Shown: positions 57,741 to 64,000 of the stretch, piece by piece | Numbering within the stretch: position 1 is the first letter of the stretch | How the letters are laid out: each line of letters begins with the position of its first letter | Translations under genes and position numbers: made by a program | Assembly: GCF_018977255.1 (NCBI RefSeq) | Contig: NW_024704767.1 | Span: 248,001-312,000 of the forward strand | DNA from: Callorhinchus milii | Lineage: Eukaryota | DNA length: 64,000 bases | Direction of reading: 5' to 3' | The notes under the pieces: generated by a model | What the model saw: only the letters and a program-made list of their open reading frames with translations | What the model was told of the DNA's origin: nothing | Database searches by the model: none

Positions 57741-58254
57741 GGCTCGGTGTCAGGCTCTGCCACTGTCAAGCGCTGCGACACAAAAAGGGAAGCAAACTGC
57801 TTCAGAAGGAGAGGCAAGAAAATTGGTGGCAATAAATGGTGCTTTCCTTTCTTAGTTCCCAGCGATGGCATCAATAAAAACAATACATGAATAAAATAGC
57901 AACACATTAATAAGATAAGAATACATGAATAAAAAGCAACGCATTGATACGGAGCATTGCATTGATCAATACAAATGTGCTATCAACAGAGAATAGTAAA
58001 ATGGCAGTTTGGGAGTTTAGAGAGATGAATAGCATTAGGGAGAAACTAAATCATGAGAGAAGCTTTTATAGTTTATCACCAAACCCTGAGTGTGGGAACC
58101 TTTTGCACACGGAGGAGTGTGGTTCTGTAAAGGATGCCTCCCGTGCATGTGGTGAAATTAGCCACCGAATAGTCCTCTCATCCTTGCACTTGAAGGGGTG
58201 TCTCAAAGTGCTTCACATGATTTACTGCAGTGACTGTGTGTATATGGTAGGCAA

Positions 58255-58595
58255 ACGCTCCAGGCGCTCCAATACAGTGCTGGGGGAGTACTGCATTGGC
58301 AGAGGTGCCGTCCTTTGGATGAGACGTTAAATCAAGGTCCTGTCTGCCTGTCTGTTCCGTAAACTCTGCTCGAAAAGAGAAGGGAGTTTCTCTCCCGGTG
58401 TCCCGGTCAACAATCCACCAGATAATATTGGGCATTCATTTCAAGCCTGGTTATGCGACATTGCTGCGTGCAAATTGACTCCCGCGTTCACCTACAAAAT
58501 AAGCAGTCACTACACTTTACAGTAAATCTCGTGGGGCGCTTTGAGACATTCTCCCGACGTTAATGGCGCTGTATCAATTGCAAGGGTTATTAATA
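58255..58595 (+). mobile_element. Older long-type Deu-domain SINE
   Basis: GAGGTGCCGTCCTTTGGATGAGACGTTAAATCAAGGTCCTGTCTGCCTG...GACATTGCTGCGTGCAAATTGACT...GGCGCTGTATCAATTGCAAGGGTTATT. Confidence 0.75.
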
Positions 58596-61266
58596 TATTT
58601 GTGATTATTATTAGAATAACCGTGGTTCAAGTGATTCGTGATTTTAGCGCTCTGGGACCCTACCCTGCGTGAGGGGCACTATATAAATGCAAGTTGTTGT
58701 TGTTGTTATAGTGATATGCAGGTCAACCTCAGTCTCAGCACTGCCCAAAGCATCTGAGGATGAGACGGCTGACTTCAGGCTGAATTATGGTCTGTATAGC
58801 ACCAGCTTGTTTCAATGAATGTCTGATATACACACGACAAACTGTATAGACGGCTCTGGGCTCGTGCCATTTGAGCACTCGATAAGATTAATTGCATCGT
58901 AGCCAGTGATTTAGGGGTTTACGATGTGTTTTTTTCATTAACAGTTATGTAATGTTTGGACACAGCCCAAAAGTCCCCAAAATAGAGAAAAGGACAAGAG
59001 AAACTGATTGAATGATGAGACTCAAGAAAAATCACACCGGATGAGACGTTGAGCCCAGGTCCCAACTGCCTGTTCAGGTGGACGTTATTTTGTATAAAAG
59101 TCTGGATTTGCCCGATTCATTACAAAAACTGAAACGTTTCGCATTTCGTAATCCTTCCTTGAATCAAACTGCAAATGAAACGACGGCTGAAAATATGGTC
59201 ACGGGTTCCATTTCAGCATCACCTGCGTGGTTTACACCCAAAGCAACAGCCGAGTGATCTTACTGTCGTTCCGAATGCCTCCGTTGCCAAAGTAACGGTG
59301 ATGTTGTTAAATTATGGTTCAAATGTACTCCCAGGCTTCACAGAACAAAGATTTTAGTGTCAGACAAGTCATCTCGAAAGCCACACACTATCCCTGAGCT
59401 GCAAATCGCATACTAATGGTGTCCTTTTTTATTTTCCTTCATGTAATCATTGATTAATATTGTCATATATCCTGCTCTTAAAGAGTGTTCCGTTGGGTCT
59501 TTGTATTTACCCATTACCTTGTCCTTTTTTTTCCGAGCTATAGCACTGTTCACATTTATACGGTAATATTTTCTCTCGCTCTGTAAATTTGTAAACCAGA
59601 GAAGATGAATGGAAATGAGTAAAAAAATATATTTTTTTAGAGCAGAATTAAACACAGGATGCTCTCTCCGTTTGCCTTTAAAATACTCAGACGCTACTCT
59701 TTACAGTAAATCCTTTCACCCGCTTTAAGATGTCCACTTGACTTCAGTGGAAGAATGTGAGATTTCCATAGAGCAGGAGGTTGTGCCCATGTTTTAAGAG
59801 GAAGGAACATGGCAATGAATGTTTCTGTTTAGTTATTCTTGGGACGACAGAAAGCCATGTAGCCCATCGAGCCTGTTCCATCATCTTATTCCCTATTGTC
59901 AGATCTTTTAATCCCAATGCCCCACTTGTCATCAGACCCTTTAATATCCGTCCTACCCAACTCTCTCTCTTTTAAACATCCCTATTGATATCACCTCAGC
60001 AGCTCTCTGGGGCCGAATGTTCCACATACTCTGTGAAGAAATGCCTCCTGCCCCGCTGGTATCAAGACAATTCCACCCCCTCCCACCCCAACCCCATAAT
60101 AGATTCCCCCAACAGAGAAGAGTCGTCCACCATCTAACCTGTCAATTCCACTCATTGTTCATCAATCAAATCATCCTTTCGATCCTCATCATGACGTTAC
60201 TATGTCACAAAGCTCTTCACAGGATATACAGTAAAGTAGTGACTGTGTGTTTTGTGGAGCCTTAACCTCCTCTGCTCTAAGGAATACAGTACAACCCCAG
60301 CCTCACATCTTAGATAAAGCCCCTTCAGCAATTGCTCTGCCTTTGCAGTCGAAGGCCTTTCTGTGTTAGCATAGGTTTTCCTTACTCCATCACACCACAT
60401 GGTAGATGTATGCAAATCTTCCCTGCTAGGGACTCTACAGTGATATTAAGTCCACGACTTATTCCAAACCAACGGAAGTATCAGTGTCTAACTAGTGCAG
60501 GCCAGTTTTTGTGAAGGTGACTGAACGGGGGAACGTGCTCAGGAGAAGTGTATGGTCTTTTCTCCCCTCTTGCTCCCTCTACAATCCGAGATATCTGTCC
60601 ACGTTTGTTAACGATTTCTTTCTGTAAAGCTCAAAAGAGGCTTTTCGTGCCTTTCGGGAGAACCTCCAGAGAAAGAATGGTTGTGTCTGGTTCGACTTGT
60701 TGTGACGTGGAGTACGGAGATCGAGAGTTGTGGATTTTTGCAGCCACGGCAGTTGGCTGCTGCTTTTATAAACTCTGGAATGAAGCCAATGAGCCACATG
60801 CGAGAGCATACTTGAGCTGTTGTTATATGAGACCCGGATTTCACTGGAACCCAGTGGCCTTTTATACTGGATTAACTTTCCAGCGCTCAAGAATATTTAC
60901 CTTAAGAACATTCGGCTGCTTGTTCAAATGTTATTTTCTTGCCTTTTCCTGTTTTTCAAAGGTGTCAGTCGGAATCGCTCTCACCTCGGAGTCAGAAAGT
61001 TTGGGCACTTTGAGCTTACAGTTTAGGCGATGGTGGTAGTGGGTGGGCGGGGGGGGGGGGAAGGCTGTATTGTCAGGGGTTTAAATTGGGGTGGGTGGGA
61101 GGTGGTGGTGGGGGGTGTCTTTTAAAGAAGGGAGAGAAGGAGGAAGAAGGGAGAGGTGGAGTTAAACGGTGAGCAGGTCAGAACGGCTGACAGCTCACCA
61201 ACCTGACGGTACACATCCATAACACCGACACACCAGAGAAAGAGAATTGAGGGTTCGTTTGACTCC

Positions 61267-61272
61267 TTTATT
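61267..61272 (-). terminator. Candidate SEMA6D polyadenylation signal AATAAA
   Basis: Plus-strand tttatt; downstream on minus reads ...ttctctttctctggtgtgtcggtgttatggatgtgt (GU-rich downstream element). Confidence 0.6.
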
Positions 61273-62542
61273 TAACTTCACATGCAGTGTTAAAAACAAC
61301 TGTAGTTATGTACACATCCACAGAACAAGTTTACAAGGGTTTTCTCTATACACGTTACCTCATAGGACATTAAACAAACAACAATATTTTTTTTCTCTCT
61401 GTTGAGGGTTAGCTTGCCAATGTACCATAAAGAGATACGACCTGGGTTTACCTTAGCACAAGTGTGGGGTGGGGGGGGGGGGGGGCGGGAAACAACAAAC
61501 AATTGGTGAAGTCAATGTGGAGGAAATGGAGGGAGTTAGAAATAGTAATATTGAGAGCCAATCTCAAACACTGCAGATTTGGGTTGGGGTGGGGGGGGGT
61601 TCCTTGTCACTCTGAACGTGAACGGGTACAAATGACTATATTATGTCTCTTACGGTGTTCAAATGGTTTAGGTGGTCGGTTTGTTGGGTAACAACAAAGT
61701 GACGTAGGTGCCTGCGTTTTGGCGAAATTGGATCCACCTTTTAACGTGGCGTTCTGCCCTTTTTTTTTTATCCTTTTAACTTTTACGCCGTTAGTAGATC
61801 AGACGTGCAAGTCGGCTTCTCTGGATCGTTTCGTTTGTCAGCGGGCAGGTCGCTGTGTGGGTCGGTGAGCTTTTTACACATCTTAGGTAGAGGAAGAGAG
61901 AGAAAAAGAAATCCACAAGGCACGCCAGCCAGTGGTGAAATACAGTAAAAATTCAGCTCAACCAAATGCCTTCTCAACGCCGTCCTCTCTTCTCACCCAA
62001 AAACAACCGCAGCGACGGAACTTTTCCTGCAAAAGTTCAACCTTTTACGGTGTTAATCCCGTCCCTCGTCTTTCTTGCTCCTCGTCGATTCACGTCTTAA
62101 AAGCTGCGACTTAAAAGTAAGTGCGTTTGACTTACCGGGAGCCAATTTAGTTAAAAGAAATACACACACACACACACAACCGGCCTACTCCATGAGAGGG
62201 AAGGGGTCCTCTCATTCGTTGATGGGAAATTCGACAGGTTTCACATGTCGATCACAATGTTTGTTGAATAAGGCACAAAATGCACAGAATCCAGGTAAAC
62301 ACAGAGATGCTATTTACAGAACATTGTCATTACCTGCATGACTCCTCAGGGAGTGCCCCCCACCCCCCACCTCCCCGCCCTGACTTATCACATTTAACGC
62401 TACTCAAACAAAGTGATTGCACTATTTCTTAATTCCTTTACACACCACCTCATCTCCGTGGCTAGGGCAGCTCCTTGTCTACTTGACCAAAATGTACACC
62501 AATTTATCACAATCGATCGAAAGGGTGGACTCCATTGTATCA

Positions 62543-62909
62543 TAATAATAGTAATCCTGGCCTTATCACGTTTTCGAGACATCCCAAAGCGCTTCACAGA
62601 GTATACTGTAAAGTGAAATGACTGTGTATTTTGTGGGCCGAATGCTGCACTCAATTGTGCACAGCAGTGTCCCACAATCAGTCGTGGATTGATTGACCAA
62701 AGTATTCTAATTTTTTTTGAAGGGACTATTACCCCCAGTAAAGCGATCCGCCGATCGACTAACAATCGGGTTCCTACTTACTGCTGGGCAAACAGAGGCG
62801 CGTGGAGTGGAGTAAGGAAACTTGCCTAAGGTTTCGCCCAGCCTGGGAATCGAACCCAGGTCCTCTCGCTTGCGAGGCGAGCGCTCTAACCAATACGCTA
62901 CAGGACTCC
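62543..62909 (-). mobile_element. Full-length tRNA-headed Deu-domain SINE inside the probable SEMA6D 3'UTR (sense orientation)
   Basis: GGAGTCCTGTAGCGTATTGGTTAGAGCGCTCGCCTCGCAAGCGAGAGGACCTGGGTTCGATTCCCAGG head, same core and tail as the other copies. Confidence 0.9.
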
Positions 62910-63785
62910 ACGACACAACATCCATTGCAAAAGTACGTGAAGGTAGACAGGCAGCCGCTCTCAACACAGTGATACGGTCCAAGTGACTCAGTCTTAGGAC
63001 GAGACCGTTCGGATCTATGCCGTAGTTCGGTCGTGCTCAAGAGCTGAATGAAGAACCTTTTTAAGTGCATCCTAGTCCGCGCCGTTCACACAGCATTCGT
63101 TCGGCGACACTCACAGAGAACGTCACCCACCGCAGAGTGTTCGTCCGTCTCGCTTTGCTACAATTGGGCTACAGCTGCATTTTGTCAAAACCGAAAAAAA
63201 GCACATTTGTTCACGTCGGAGTATTTTTTTTTAGAAAAAAAAACGGAAAAAAAAAAAAGTCCTTTGTGTAAGCAACAAGACAAAAATGCCACGTACTGTA
63301 CTGGTACTGGTACTTGCACTGTCATTCGAAGTGTTCACATTTAATGGGAAGACGATGCTTAAACAGCAGTGAGAAGGAGAGCCATCGTTCAGACACGTCC
63401 TCTTGCGCTGACGCTTGAAACAGAATCACAGGGTACCGATTCCAAGCCACGCTCTTCACAGGCTTCAGTGACACATTGAACGCTGCATTCAACGCAGTCT
63501 CTTTGTCGCTCTCTCTCTCTGCGCGTTAGCAGGCGAGACATCCCTCCTGCCTCACCCCGGCTCTTTGCTTGAAATCGGACGCCACCCCCTTTTGAAAGCA
63601 AAGCAGCTCCTTTTTTGGCCACTCGCCCGTGTCCGTCCGTCCACTTCAGAGCATTTTTAGTTTAGTTTATTCATTCGTCCCAACCAAGCATTATTAATTG
63701 ATCTTAGAATTCCTCCCACGTCACGCTGGCTGTTTTTTATATAAAAAAAAACAAACTCGTGCCTTGCTTTGACAATCCCGAGTCG

Positions 63786-64000
63786 CTAGTAACTGTACTT
63801 GTGCATTGGTTTGACTGGAGTTGTGGGCTGGCCGAACGAGGGCTTTGGGGGGACGTCTGGTTTGATGGAGGGCGTCCTCTTAATCCCCGAGCGAGGGAGC
63901 GTGCCCTGGCCTGAGTAACTGCTCTGACGGGATAAGGAGCCAGGCTGTGGCTGTATCACGAGAGGGGTCCCGTGCACCGAATCCAGCCTCATGGGCGGCG
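63786..64000 (-). CDS. SEMA6D: Semaphorin-6D, C-terminal end of the cytoplasmic tail (last exon; rest of gene beyond the right edge)
   Basis: ...SLSRQSSYSGQGTLPRSGIKRTPSIKPDVPPKPSFGQPTTPVKPMHKYSY* matches the class-6 semaphorin C-terminus (KRTPSLKPDVPPKP); same strand as, and upstream of, SLC24A5, as in the known SEMA6D-SLC24A5-MYEF2 block. Confidence 0.92.
   Translation of the reverse strand, partial: PPMRLDSVHGTPLVIQPQPGSLSRQSSYSGQGTLPRSGIKRTPSIKPDVPPKPSFGQPTTPVKPMHKYSY

Larger units (their letters stand above)
61245..63785 (-). other. SEMA6D: Probable SEMA6D 3'UTR (~2.5 kb)
   Basis: Runs from the stop codon to a minus-strand AATAAA at 61272-61267 that is followed by a U/GU-rich tract; U-rich and TGTA-containing composition typical of neuronal 3'UTRs. 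Confidence 0.6.

Noticed and set aside
60548-61039. 163-aa plus-strand ORF
   Set aside because: Non-ATG start, no recognisable domain, composition rich in Cys/Phe/Ser like non-coding translation; the minus-strand promoter motifs are the more specific signal.

Overview
Eukaryotic (vertebrate) genomic DNA, most likely a cartilaginous fish; the tRNA-headed Deu-domain SINEs, CR1/L2 relics and compact introns suggest a chimaera/elephant-shark-type genome, but this is inference. Four spliced protein-coding genes were reconstructed by hand from GT-AG boundaries: CLPX (minus, coding exons 1-8, continues off the left edge), MYEF2 (plus, 18 coding exons, 644 aa), SLC24A5/NCKX5 (minus, 9 exons, 516 aa) and the end of the last exon of SEMA6D (minus, right edge) with a ~2.5 kb 3'UTR. 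CLPX and MYEF2 are head-to-head across a CpG island; MYEF2 and SLC24A5 are tail-to-tail. I found no prokaryote-style system (no CRISPR, operon, rRNA or true tRNA gene) and cannot claim a new biological system. The best leads are: a 2-nt frameshift in CLPX exon 8 (error or real lesion); three possible splicing switches in MYEF2 (8-nt microexon, U12-type intron, candidate poison exon); an unexplained coding-like island in SLC24A5 intron 2; a candidate spliced transcript with a 43-aa ORF upstream of SLC24A5; an orphan E-box/CCAAT/TATA promoter just past the SEMA6D poly(A) signal; and a tRNA-like SINE head inside the SEMA6D 3'UTR. Repeat boundaries are approximate, and comparisons with human or zebrafish proteins are from memory, not from a search.
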